NCBI GenBank assembly: GCA_016839365.1
Contig: JAEOUH010000039.1
Span: forward strand, 4,136-28,135
DNA length: 24,000 bases
Reading direction: 5' to 3'
Source of the DNA: Candidatus Hermodarchaeota archaeon
GTDB taxonomy: Archaea; Asgardarchaeota; Hermodarchaeia; Hermodarchaeales; Hermodarchaeaceae
The translations under genes were made by a program, and so were the position numbers. Of the stretch, positions 1 through 7,605 are shown piece after piece (within the stretch, counting starts at the first letter, position 1; the number at the start of each line of letters is the position of its first letter). Below the pieces are notes generated by a model. That model ran no database searches and was not told the origin of the DNA. It saw only the letters and a list, made by a program, of their open reading frames with translations.

Positions 1-986
1 ATGAGGACCGTTTCCTAATGACTGATTGTGACATCATCACAACAACTGAACGTTTCAAGGCGACATTGAAAGCCGCCAAATCTAGTGATATGGCTTTATC
101 GTTATTTGAGGTGCCAAATCCTTGGCAGTTTGGGGTTGTCGCTCTGGAAGGGACTGAAATCACAACTATTGTTGAGAAACCCAAGAAAGGAACTGAGCCA
201 AGTAATCTCGCTGTAGCAGGTGTCTACGTTTTCAACAATGCAATCTTTGACATGCTTCGAAAAACTCAGGATTTAGAAGTGGGGATTCAGAAACTTATCG
301 ACGAAGGGCATACTGTCCATGGAAGCCATTCAAAGGATCCTTGGGTTGACGTTGGACGCACCTGGAATATCCTCGAAGCTTCTCCAATCCTCTTCGACCG
401 ATTGCACCAACAGAAAGGCGATCCCGTCCATCCAACAGCAACCGTTAGTGATTCTGCACATCTCAGTGGGGACGTGTGGATAGGTCCACAAGCCCGCGTG
501 TTTCCAGGGGCAGCCTTAGTGGGACCCGTTTATATCGGTCCCAATGCCATTGTTGGCAATAACTGTCTAATTCGTGATCACGTTGTAATCGATCAAGGAG
601 CAAGAGCCGGCTTTTCCTGTGAAGTTCGAAATACCGTTATGTTACCTGAAAGTAGAATTGGTCACCTCGCCTTTGTTGGTGATAGCATCCTTGGATTTGA
701 TGTGGAGATTGGGGCGAGTGTTGTGTTGGCCAACTACCGATTCGATGGCTCAGAAGTTCAGGTAATGCTAGGCGGGCAATTAGTTTCTACGCATACAGAC
801 AAATTTGGCGCCGTCATCGGGGACGCATCGAAAATCGGATGTGGTGTCGTTGTATTGCCAGGGCGAACTATTGGGTATAACTCATGGATTGACCCCTCGA
901 TTGTTGTCCAAAGGGATGTGCCCGACAATACGCATGTTAAGCTCAAGCAAACCACAACAGAAGATCATCGCCACGCCCCTACCTAA
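1..986 (+). CDS. Sugar-1-phosphate nucleotidylyltransferase / acyltransferase, GlmU- or ST0452-like; 5' end cut by the window edge
   Basis: The frame of the 18..986 ORF stays open back to position 3, so the N-terminal Rossmann and G-x-G-T-R-L part lies outside the window. The visible part has nucleotidyltransferase-core motifs (FGVVAL..G..TTIVEKPKKG..SNLAVAGVYVF, W.DVGRTWNILEA). A long left-handed beta-helix hexapeptide region follows (IGPNAIVGNNCLIRDHVVIDQGARAG...IGDASKIGCGVVVLPGRTIG). Confidence 0.75.
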   Translation, partial: EDRFLMTDCDIITTTERFKATLKAAKSSDMALSLFEVPNPWQFGVVALEGTEITTIVEKPKKGTEPSNLAVAGVYVFNNAIFDMLRKTQDLEVGIQKLIDEGHTVHGSHSKDPWVDVGRTWNILEASPILFDRLHQQKGDPVHPTATVSDSAHLSGDVWIGPQARVFPGAALVGPVYIGPNAIVGNNCLIRDHVVIDQGARAGFSCEVRNTVMLPESRIGHLAFVGDSILGFDVEIGASVVLANYRFDGSEVQVMLGGQLVSTHTDKFGAVIGDASKIGCGVVVLPGRTIGYNSWIDPSIVVQRDVPDNTHVKLKQTTTEDHRHAPT

Positions 987-2382
987 TTTCCCGTTTTAAT
1001 GTCTCTTGGGCATTTTTGAGAAGGCCCTTCGCCCTTTGCGCTGAAAATGCTTCAACTGTAATGCGGATGACCGGCTCTGTACCAGACGGCCTGATGAGCA
1101 CCCAGCTAGAGTCATGGAAACTGGCACGAATACCATCAATTCGATTCACTTCTTCGATGTTCTTCCATTCTTCGAATACTGATTTGATTGCTTTCATCAC
1201 AGCCTCTTTTTTCTCGTTAGGACAAGTCACAGATGCCCTTAGTAGATGGGTTGATGGTAGATCATCTGCGAGTTGACTCAAGGAGCGGTTTGCCCATTCG
1301 AGGAGTTCAAGTATTTTACATGCTGCAAGTGGTCCATCGGGACAATAATGCACCTCTGGAAAGATGAACGGCCCAGAGGGTTCGGCACCCATCACGGCTT
1401 TATGTTCTTTGACTAGATTGGAAACAAAAACGTCGCCAACTCGGGATCGCTCAACCCGTGCACCGTGCTGTTTTACAACCTGATCGACGACACTCGAACT
1501 TGACACGGTAGTGGCAATGACCTTACCTCCCCGGGTAGCAAGATAGTAATCTGCAACTAATGCCAAGAGGATATCCCCTGCTAGAACTCGTCCTTTATCA
1601 TCGACTGCTAACACGCGGTCTGCGTCGCCATCATGGGCAATTCCGACATGCGCTTTGGTTGATGTGACGATTTCACTGAGATTATCAAGGTGTACGAAAT
1701 GTTGCCATTCTGCAGCTGCGGCACTTTGTATCTTTGATGGAGGGCAATGCTGTGCATATTCCTGTCCATCAGGGGGAGTATTAAGAGGTTTGACGCTAGC
1801 GTGTAGTTGCTGAAGCGCTGAGGGGGTGACTAAGCTTCCAACACCGAGTGCGCCGTCCATAACAACATTGTATGATCGGGTCACCTCGCATGCATTCACT
1901 ATAGCATCGAGGTGATGCGGAATGGCTTCAAATGAGCTGAAATCAGTGAACTGTTTCCAATCTACGGGCTCAGCTTTCATAATCCGCTTTTCGAGTTCTT
2001 CCTGTTGGATCGCTGTGAAGCCCGCCCCATCGGGATTGTGGAATTTGAAACCATTGTATTCGGGAGGATTGTGACTTGCAGTCACAATTATCGATGCGTG
2101 CATGCCCTCTTTTCCTGACGCATAGGCAATAGATGGTGTGGGTGCCATCTCGGTTCTTGTGACGGTAACTCCTCCCTCTAGTAGTCCGGCCATTAACGCT
2201 GAAGTCAACATTGGGCCAGTAGTCCGATGATCATGCCCCACCATTATCTGTGGATGCTTCACTATAGCACTTAGATAGTCTGCAGTCGCCAGACCAATTC
2301 GGATAGCCAATGGACCAGTGATTAACTCATTGACTTTTCCCCGGATACCTGAGCTTCCAAACAAGGATCGTGTTGAATACAT
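979..2382 (-). CDS. Phosphohexomutase (alpha-D-phosphohexomutase superfamily; phosphoglucosamine/phosphomanno/phosphoglucomutase), paralog 1
   Basis: It has the canonical catalytic loop TASHNPPEYNGFKF, the metal loop DGDADR and the phosphate loop RPSGTEP. A GGAGA Shine-Dalgarno sits 6 nt upstream of the ATG. There is an 8-nt convergent overlap with the upstream nucleotidyltransferase gene. Confidence 0.85.
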   Translation of the reverse strand: MYSTRSLFGSSGIRGKVNELITGPLAIRIGLATADYLSAIVKHPQIMVGHDHRTTGPMLTSALMAGLLEGGVTVTRTEMAPTPSIAYASGKEGMHASIIVTASHNPPEYNGFKFHNPDGAGFTAIQQEELEKRIMKAEPVDWKQFTDFSSFEAIPHHLDAIVNACEVTRSYNVVMDGALGVGSLVTPSALQQLHASVKPLNTPPDGQEYAQHCPPSKIQSAAAAEWQHFVHLDNLSEIVTSTKAHVGIAHDGDADRVLAVDDKGRVLAGDILLALVADYYLATRGGKVIATTVSSSSVVDQVVKQHGARVERSRVGDVFVSNLVKEHKAVMGAEPSGPFIFPEVHYCPDGPLAACKILELLEWANRSLSQLADDLPSTHLLRASVTCPNEKKEAVMKAIKSVFEEWKNIEEVNRIDGIRASFHDSSWVLIRPSGTEPVIRITVEAFSAQRAKGLLKNAQETLKREIR

Positions 2383-2409
2383 GATAATTCTCCATTTAAT
2401 GTTGCTTTA

Positions 2410-3789
2410 TTATGAAGCAGCAGATTTGAGTACATCTTCAATCCAATCAAGCCCTAGTGTAAGGAGTTCCTGAGCTCGTTTTTCCTGACGCGATTCCGCA
2501 AAGCACCGAAAGACCGGTTCTGTACCGGATGGACGGAGAAGCAACCAGCCATCATCGAAAATGACTTTGACTCCATCTGCGGTATTGACTTGTACATTGG
2601 GATAATCTTTTCTCACCATTTCTAGAGCATACAAGGTAACAGCTTCTTTGAGATTATTAGGGCAATCAATTGCGCGTTTTAATTGGGTGTACTTGGGGAA
2701 TGCATCAATAATCTCACTTAGCGTCTTTTCGGTACGTGCCAAATACTCCAACAAATAAGCGGTACCAAGACCACTATCCGAAAGGTAGTTGAGACGAGGG
2801 TAGATTATTTTACCAGATTCTTCAAAAGCAAACAGTGCGTTGTGCTTTTTGATGGCAGCCACTATCGCTGGTGGTCCAACGCGGCTATACACGATGCGCG
2901 CTTTAAATTGCCCAACGACATCTTCAACTAGGTTACTAGAATTGATTGGTGTGACGATGGTGCCTCCCCCCTCACGGATTAGCTCAATCTGAGCCAGCAG
3001 GGTGCCTGAAACATCACCCATGATTGCCCGTCCTTTATCGTCGACAAAGAACGCACGGTCAGCATCACCATCAACAGCGACACCCAGATCTGCCCTTTGT
3101 TGTTTTACCAACTGAACCGCTTGATCCAAGAGGTTAACTCGTAAATTAGGAGATCGACCAGGAAACGTAGGATCCCGTTCGGTGTTAAGCTCGATAACTG
3201 TACAACCCAGTTGTTTGATGGCATCTAGCAGCCAGGGGATAGCTGTGCCATTTGCAGCATCAACAACTACACGAAAATTTCGTTTGGCAATAAGACCTGC
3301 ATCCACTTGTGTTACGACCTTGTTTATCCAAAAGGAACCTACATCAGAAGCTTGTCGGAGGCGTCCATAATTCTGCCAATTCACAGGTGCGGCTTTTGAA
3401 ATATTGAGCGCTTCGATTTGTTTTTCAACATCACGTGGGACTGGGGCACCATCATGGTCGAGTACTTCAATCCCAGACATATGAGCGGGGATATGGCTGC
3501 CAGTGATTAAGATTGCCCCTCCCAAATCGCAATGGCGGGGATACAAGCTTACAGCTGGTGTGATGACTTCGCCTCCATAATGAGCGTCAGAGCCTCCTGC
3601 CATTAATCCACTAACGACAGCGTTTGTCAGCATTGGGCTGCTTGTACGGTTATCGTGGCATACTAAAAGAGGTGCACCCTTGAAAACCGTGGCGACACTA
3701 TAGCCGATTTGCCAAGCAACCTCTGGATGCAGTTCATCGGGGACAGAGCCACGAATACCACTAGTGCCAAAGCAGGGCGTCCATGTCAT
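2410..3789 (-). CDS. Phosphohexomutase-family protein, paralog 2, with a divergent catalytic loop
   Basis: The gene is full length and collinear with the other two paralogs (FGTSGIRG, DGDADR, EESG, RPSGTEP). The phosphoserine loop reads ITGSHIPAHMSGIEV instead of T-A/G-S-H-N-P-P-E-Y-N-G. A GAGGT SD lies upstream of the ATG. It is 27 nt upstream of paralog 1 on the same strand, so the two are probably an operon. Confidence 0.8.
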   Translation of the reverse strand: MTWTPCFGTSGIRGSVPDELHPEVAWQIGYSVATVFKGAPLLVCHDNRTSSPMLTNAVVSGLMAGGSDAHYGGEVITPAVSLYPRHCDLGGAILITGSHIPAHMSGIEVLDHDGAPVPRDVEKQIEALNISKAAPVNWQNYGRLRQASDVGSFWINKVVTQVDAGLIAKRNFRVVVDAANGTAIPWLLDAIKQLGCTVIELNTERDPTFPGRSPNLRVNLLDQAVQLVKQQRADLGVAVDGDADRAFFVDDKGRAIMGDVSGTLLAQIELIREGGGTIVTPINSSNLVEDVVGQFKARIVYSRVGPPAIVAAIKKHNALFAFEESGKIIYPRLNYLSDSGLGTAYLLEYLARTEKTLSEIIDAFPKYTQLKRAIDCPNNLKEAVTLYALEMVRKDYPNVQVNTADGVKVIFDDGWLLLRPSGTEPVFRCFAESRQEKRAQELLTLGLDWIEDVLKSAAS

Positions 3790-3836
3790 TATGAAACCTC
3801 ATTCAAGAGCTGCGTCTTACATCATATCGCTATGCT

Positions 3837-3854
3837 TAAAAAGCCCTTTTTATA
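3837..3854. promoter_or_regulatory. Putative bidirectional archaeal TATA element (palindromic) between divergent genes
   Basis: TAAAAAG (3837-3843) and CTTTTTA (3846-3852) form a perfect 7-bp inverted repeat, so a TTTTTA(TA) box appears on both strands. It lies about 50 nt from the minus-strand ATG (3789) and about 70 nt from the plus-strand ATG (3922). Confidence 0.35.
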
Positions 3855-3921
3855 GCGTGGTTTTTTCTACAATGCACAAAGCAAAGAAGTTAAATTCGCA
3901 GACTACTCTAAGCTTGTTAGG

Positions 3922-4632
3922 ATGCGGGTCGTTAAGTCTGCAGATTCCCTCGGGAATCCTCAATCAATGGATGAAGACCATCTTGCTGCGGTCATCCGTG
4001 AGTTCGGACGCTCAATGCGTGAGGTCACCGGAGGTCTGGATGATGCTATGAATCGGTGGGAATCAGCCCACCGCGGTTCACTTCGACCCATTCGAGTCAT
4101 CCTTGGCTCATTATCTAAAATTAATTACCTTCGTAATATTGAGGATCTTGGAAAACTTACTTCTTTTGAGGGTATCGTCGATAGAGCTATCACAAAGAAC
4201 ATGGGACTCCTCGATAAAGTGCTCCCCAAGTTGTTAGCCCTAGCGTCCGATTTTGAAAGTTCGATCAGAAAAATGCGGCTAATGGAAAAACGAGTCTCCG
4301 AATTGCAACGTCGTGGAGGCAATCTACTTAGTTCTGAGGGAAGCAACGAACCACGGATTTATCAATTGGTTGAAAACGTCGACGCCCTTAGCCGGAAGCT
4401 TCGTGAAATAGTGTGCATGTACGAGGATGAATACCTATTTCGATTGAAAACAATCCGGAATATCGAAGAGCTGTTGGATCCAAAGGAGCTCTATACCGGA
4501 CTGCTCTTATGGACCATGGAGCCATACCTGGAGGCGGATCGTATCGAAGTGATCCGTAAAGAAATCGGAACTCACATTGAAGAGACTCGATCACTTGTGT
4601 CCCGCCAAAACATTTCCCCGAATATGTTTTAG
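3922..4632 (+). CDS. Hypothetical all-helical protein; possible distant CINP/C1orf109-like fold (speculative)
   Basis: The 236-aa ORF has protein-like composition and heptad-rich helices. Its C-terminal motif is LLLWTMEPYLEADRIEVIRKEI. An alternative start is the Met at 3967. No catalytic motifs were recognised. Confidence 0.5.
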   Translation: MRVVKSADSLGNPQSMDEDHLAAVIREFGRSMREVTGGLDDAMNRWESAHRGSLRPIRVILGSLSKINYLRNIEDLGKLTSFEGIVDRAITKNMGLLDKVLPKLLALASDFESSIRKMRLMEKRVSELQRRGGNLLSSEGSNEPRIYQLVENVDALSRKLREIVCMYEDEYLFRLKTIRNIEELLDPKELYTGLLLWTMEPYLEADRIEVIRKEIGTHIEETRSLVSRQNISPNMF

Positions 4633-4710
4633 TTGGATATCGCGGGACTGAACTAGCCCACAGATTAATACCTTCGCAGGTAGGTTTGATGATTACAAGA
4701 GGAGACTCCG

Positions 4711-6090
4711 TTGACCCGATTGTTTGGGACGCAAGGGTTCCGAGGCATTGTCAATAGAGAACTCACGGCATCAGTGGCATATGATGTGGGCCGTGCATTA
4801 GCTGATTATCTTGAAGGACCGAAGACCATTGGTCTAGGATGGGATTCCCGCCAATCCAGTGAAATGCTTGGATTTGCCTTTAGTGCGGGCTTGATGACTG
4901 GAGGTTGTAACGTTCATATTCTGGGTCTGGTTCCCACGCCTCTGTTATCTTATGCTATTCCTCAACTCAAATTGGATGGGGGAGTAATGATTACAGCAAG
5001 TCATAACCCACCGGAATACAATGGCATTAAATTGTGGGGTCCAGATGGCGCATCTTTTACAATGGAAATGGGACGGGCAGTTGAGGACTGTTATTTTGTT
5101 GAAGACAGACCTTTACCTGAATGGCAGGCTTGTGGGCGTCTCGTTCCCTCTGAGGATTTCAGGTTGCAGTATATCGAAGCCCTGCTCGAGCAGGTTAATG
5201 GACAACGTCTCATGAAACGACAGTTCCAAGTTGCTGCTGATTGTGGTGGAGGCGCCGCGGCTATGGTTGTTCCGGCCCTGTTGAATGCAATAGAGGTACG
5301 GACCAAGCTTCTTTACTGCGAACCTGATGGTCTCTTTTCTAACCGGTTACCAGAACCTAAAGAGGCTAATCTCCAAAAATTAATTCAGACCGTTAAAAAG
5401 AATGAACTCGATGTAGGGATGGCCTGGGATGGTGACGCCGATCGAATTATCCTAATCACAAATCAAGGGCGATACCTTATGGGTGATCGTGTCTTCGCAC
5501 TCGCAGCATATCATTCGCTTCGAGACCTCCAAGAGAAGCCAAAGCGTATCGTTACACAAGTGGCGACCAGCGATGTCATCCACGAAGTTGCGCTCCTTGT
5601 TGATGCAGAGATAATCGAAACGCGGGTCGGTGAACCCTTCATAGTCCAGGCAATGAAATCTAAGAATGCGGTGATTGGTGGTGAAGAAAATGGGGGAGTT
5701 ATCTACCGCGGATGGTCTTGGACCCGAGAAGGGATGCTTACGGCATTGAAGATTCTTGAACTCATGGAATTAGAAGACAAATCTCTAGAAGAGCTAGATA
5801 GCCAATTTTCCACCTATCATCAGGTTAAAGAGAGTGTTCACTGCGACCTTCAAGAGAAGGATACACTCCTTGAGCTCATTAAAGAATATGCTCCCTCTGA
5901 GGTTGAGTGCAGCACCATCGATGGAATCAAAGTTCGATACTCTGATGGGTGGGTTCTTCTCCGCCCCTCTGGAACCGAACCCATCTTTCGCGTCTTTGCA
6001 GAGGCAAAAACTGAAACCCGAGCAAAAACATTAGTCAATCAAGGGCTCCAAATCGTATCTGATGCTCTTGGAGATATGAAAACAAATTAA
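4711..6090 (+). CDS. Phosphohexomutase (PGM/PMM/GlmM family), paralog 3
   Basis: It has ITASHNPPEYNGIKL, DGDADR, GGEENGG and RPSGTEP. The start is TTG at 4711, preceded by GGAG at 4701-4704 with a 6-nt spacer. Confidence 0.85.
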   Translation: MTRLFGTQGFRGIVNRELTASVAYDVGRALADYLEGPKTIGLGWDSRQSSEMLGFAFSAGLMTGGCNVHILGLVPTPLLSYAIPQLKLDGGVMITASHNPPEYNGIKLWGPDGASFTMEMGRAVEDCYFVEDRPLPEWQACGRLVPSEDFRLQYIEALLEQVNGQRLMKRQFQVAADCGGGAAAMVVPALLNAIEVRTKLLYCEPDGLFSNRLPEPKEANLQKLIQTVKKNELDVGMAWDGDADRIILITNQGRYLMGDRVFALAAYHSLRDLQEKPKRIVTQVATSDVIHEVALLVDAEIIETRVGEPFIVQAMKSKNAVIGGEENGGVIYRGWSWTREGMLTALKILELMELEDKSLEELDSQFSTYHQVKESVHCDLQEKDTLLELIKEYAPSEVECSTIDGIKVRYSDGWVLLRPSGTEPIFRVFAEAKTETRAKTLVNQGLQIVSDALGDMKTN

Positions 6091-6107
6091 TAATATGGTG
6101 AAATGCG

Positions 6108-6530
6108 TTGCGTTTGTTGATTTTTCATGGGAATATAGCCTACAAGCCTACTGAAGCAGTAAGGATCAGTATTCGTGATGAAGCCAAGGAGGATACCTGG
6201 CAAGAATTCGAAAACTGCTTAACTGTTTTTTGTGCCGTAGAAGCTTCTGATGAAGGGCGGTTATCCGAAATTGTGCAAAAGGCGACAGAAGAAATTCAGT
6301 TGGTGGCTAACAGAGTCAAGGTTGGGAACATTGTGTTATATCCACATGCACACATCTTTCCCCGGAAACTCGCCAAACCCAAGTTCGCTGTTAGGATATT
6401 GCAGAATTTACTGAAGGCCTTAGAAGATCAAGGCTTCGTGGTGCACCAAAGCCCATTCGGTTGGTACAAAGCCTTTAAGCTCGAATGCTATGGCCACCCC
6501 CTAGCTGAAAGCGGAAGAAGTATAGATTAG
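6108..6530 (+). CDS. Free-standing archaeal ThrRS-type editing domain (tRNA-Thr-ED / DTD-like fold) protein
   Basis: The 140-aa protein is collinear with the N-terminal editing domain of archaeal ThrRS as I recall it (MRLL..H.....E; VLYPHAHI versus V/LYPFAHLS; PFGWYKAFKLECYGHPLAES versus [22 protein letters not shown]). The start is TTG, with a GGTGA SD 6 nt upstream. It begins 17 nt after mutase paralog 3. Confidence 0.7.
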   Translation: MRLLIFHGNIAYKPTEAVRISIRDEAKEDTWQEFENCLTVFCAVEASDEGRLSEIVQKATEEIQLVANRVKVGNIVLYPHAHIFPRKLAKPKFAVRILQNLLKALEDQGFVVHQSPFGWYKAFKLECYGHPLAESGRSID

Positions 6531-6648
6531 ATGCGTGTGAGAGCACAAAGTTTTTCAATCAAGGACACATGCTCCACTCAGGCGGTCATGGAATCAGCTT
6601 AAAGGAAGGCTGATTACACCCGCTGTGAATCTTCGAGATGATCATATA

Positions 6649-6924
6649 TTGCCATCTAAACGGAAAAGTGGCGGTCGCAGCAAAGGTGCGACTGGCCGTG
6701 GAGCCACAGTTCAGTGTACTAAATGCGGAAAAATAGTCCCTCGGGATAAAGCGAAAAAAAGAACATCACGTACTTCTTTTGTCGACCCACAGATGGCGCG
6801 CGAACTACGACGTACAGGCACCTTTATTCCTGCGCGACAGACCACTAAGTGGTACTGTATCAGTTGCGCCGTGCATAGTGGAGTTGTAACCATCCGGAGT
6901 CGCAAAGACCGAAAAGGAAGGTAA
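6649..6924 (+). CDS. rps26e: Ribosomal protein eS26 (S26e)
   Basis: (M)PSKRKSGGRSKGATGRGATVQCTKCGKIVPRDKAKKR...YCISCAVHSGVVTIRSRKDRKGR matches the eS26 pattern, including the CxxC...CxxC zinc ribbon and the basic tail. The start was chosen by homology as TTG 6649. The ORF track's GTG at 6625 is the longer alternative. Confidence 0.85.
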   Translation: MPSKRKSGGRSKGATGRGATVQCTKCGKIVPRDKAKKRTSRTSFVDPQMARELRRTGTFIPARQTTKWYCISCAVHSGVVTIRSRKDRKGR

Positions 6925-6980
6925 CCGGCACAAAACAGGTTCTCCATACAGCAGAGGGCTAGTCACTGGAGGGGCAGAAT

Positions 6981-7595
6981 TTGGACCTGAACATCATTGT
7001 AGACGCACCACGGGTACGCACCTCAGACGATTTTCTGATACGGGATGTTCCAGGAACAAGTGGACGACTGGATGTTATTTGCCGCATTCTCGTATCTGCG
7101 TATCGAACAGTTCCAGAGCTCTCACCCACCATTCAAGTTGACGCTATTTTTGAAGGGCCTCCCAACCCACCACTTCGACTCCAAGTCACCAATGTAAACC
7201 CAAGAGATTTCCCTGAGAGTGAACTTGAATGTGCACTCATTTTGAAAGGCCTACTTTATCGGTATCGATCCCAATCTGTTTCACAGGATCCACATTGGCC
7301 CCAATTTACAATCACACCTCAAGACTTTGAGCAAACCCTTGAGGATGTGATCCAGGATAGAAACCAAATCCTCTATTTGGTTGAAACCGGTCAACCACTA
7401 GAGCAAGTAAAGCTAGGGTTGGATGAGCCGATTGTTGTGATTTTGGGCGATGACCAGGGGCTTTCCTCAGCGCATGAAAAAAAGGTCAGAACGAAGGCAG
7501 TCCAAGAAATCAGCATTGGAACGAGAAGCCTTTTGGGAAGCCAAGTGATTAGTTTATTTCTACTCGAACTATTCCGACGAAAAGAAACACAATGA
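6981..7595 (+). CDS. trmY: tRNA (pseudouridine54-N1)-methyltransferase TrmY (SPOUT, DUF358)
   Basis: The motifs DVPGTSGRLDVICRIL, EGPPNPPLRLQV and the C-terminal knot region VVILGDDQGLS...ISIG..SLLGSQVI match the TrmY family as recalled (DLPG..GRLDLLCRC, PNPP). The start is TTG, with a GGAGGGG SD 6 nt upstream. Confidence 0.75.
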   Translation: MDLNIIVDAPRVRTSDDFLIRDVPGTSGRLDVICRILVSAYRTVPELSPTIQVDAIFEGPPNPPLRLQVTNVNPRDFPESELECALILKGLLYRYRSQSVSQDPHWPQFTITPQDFEQTLEDVIQDRNQILYLVETGQPLEQVKLGLDEPIVVILGDDQGLSSAHEKKVRTKAVQEISIGTRSLLGSQVISLFLLELFRRKETQ

Positions 7596-7605
7596 AACTA
7601 TAGAC

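Noticed and set aside
2410-3789. Possibility that mutase paralog 2 is a pseudogene because of its aberrant catalytic loop
   Set aside because: The ORF is full length with no frameshift or stop. It retains the metal and phosphate loops and a good SD. I therefore annotated it as a divergent functional gene and flagged the loop as a finding.
3764-4051. 95-aa plus-strand ORF spanning the divergent intergenic region
   Set aside because: It starts inside the 5' end of mutase paralog 2 on the opposite strand, runs across the putative promoter and overlaps the better-supported 3922..4632 ORF in another frame.
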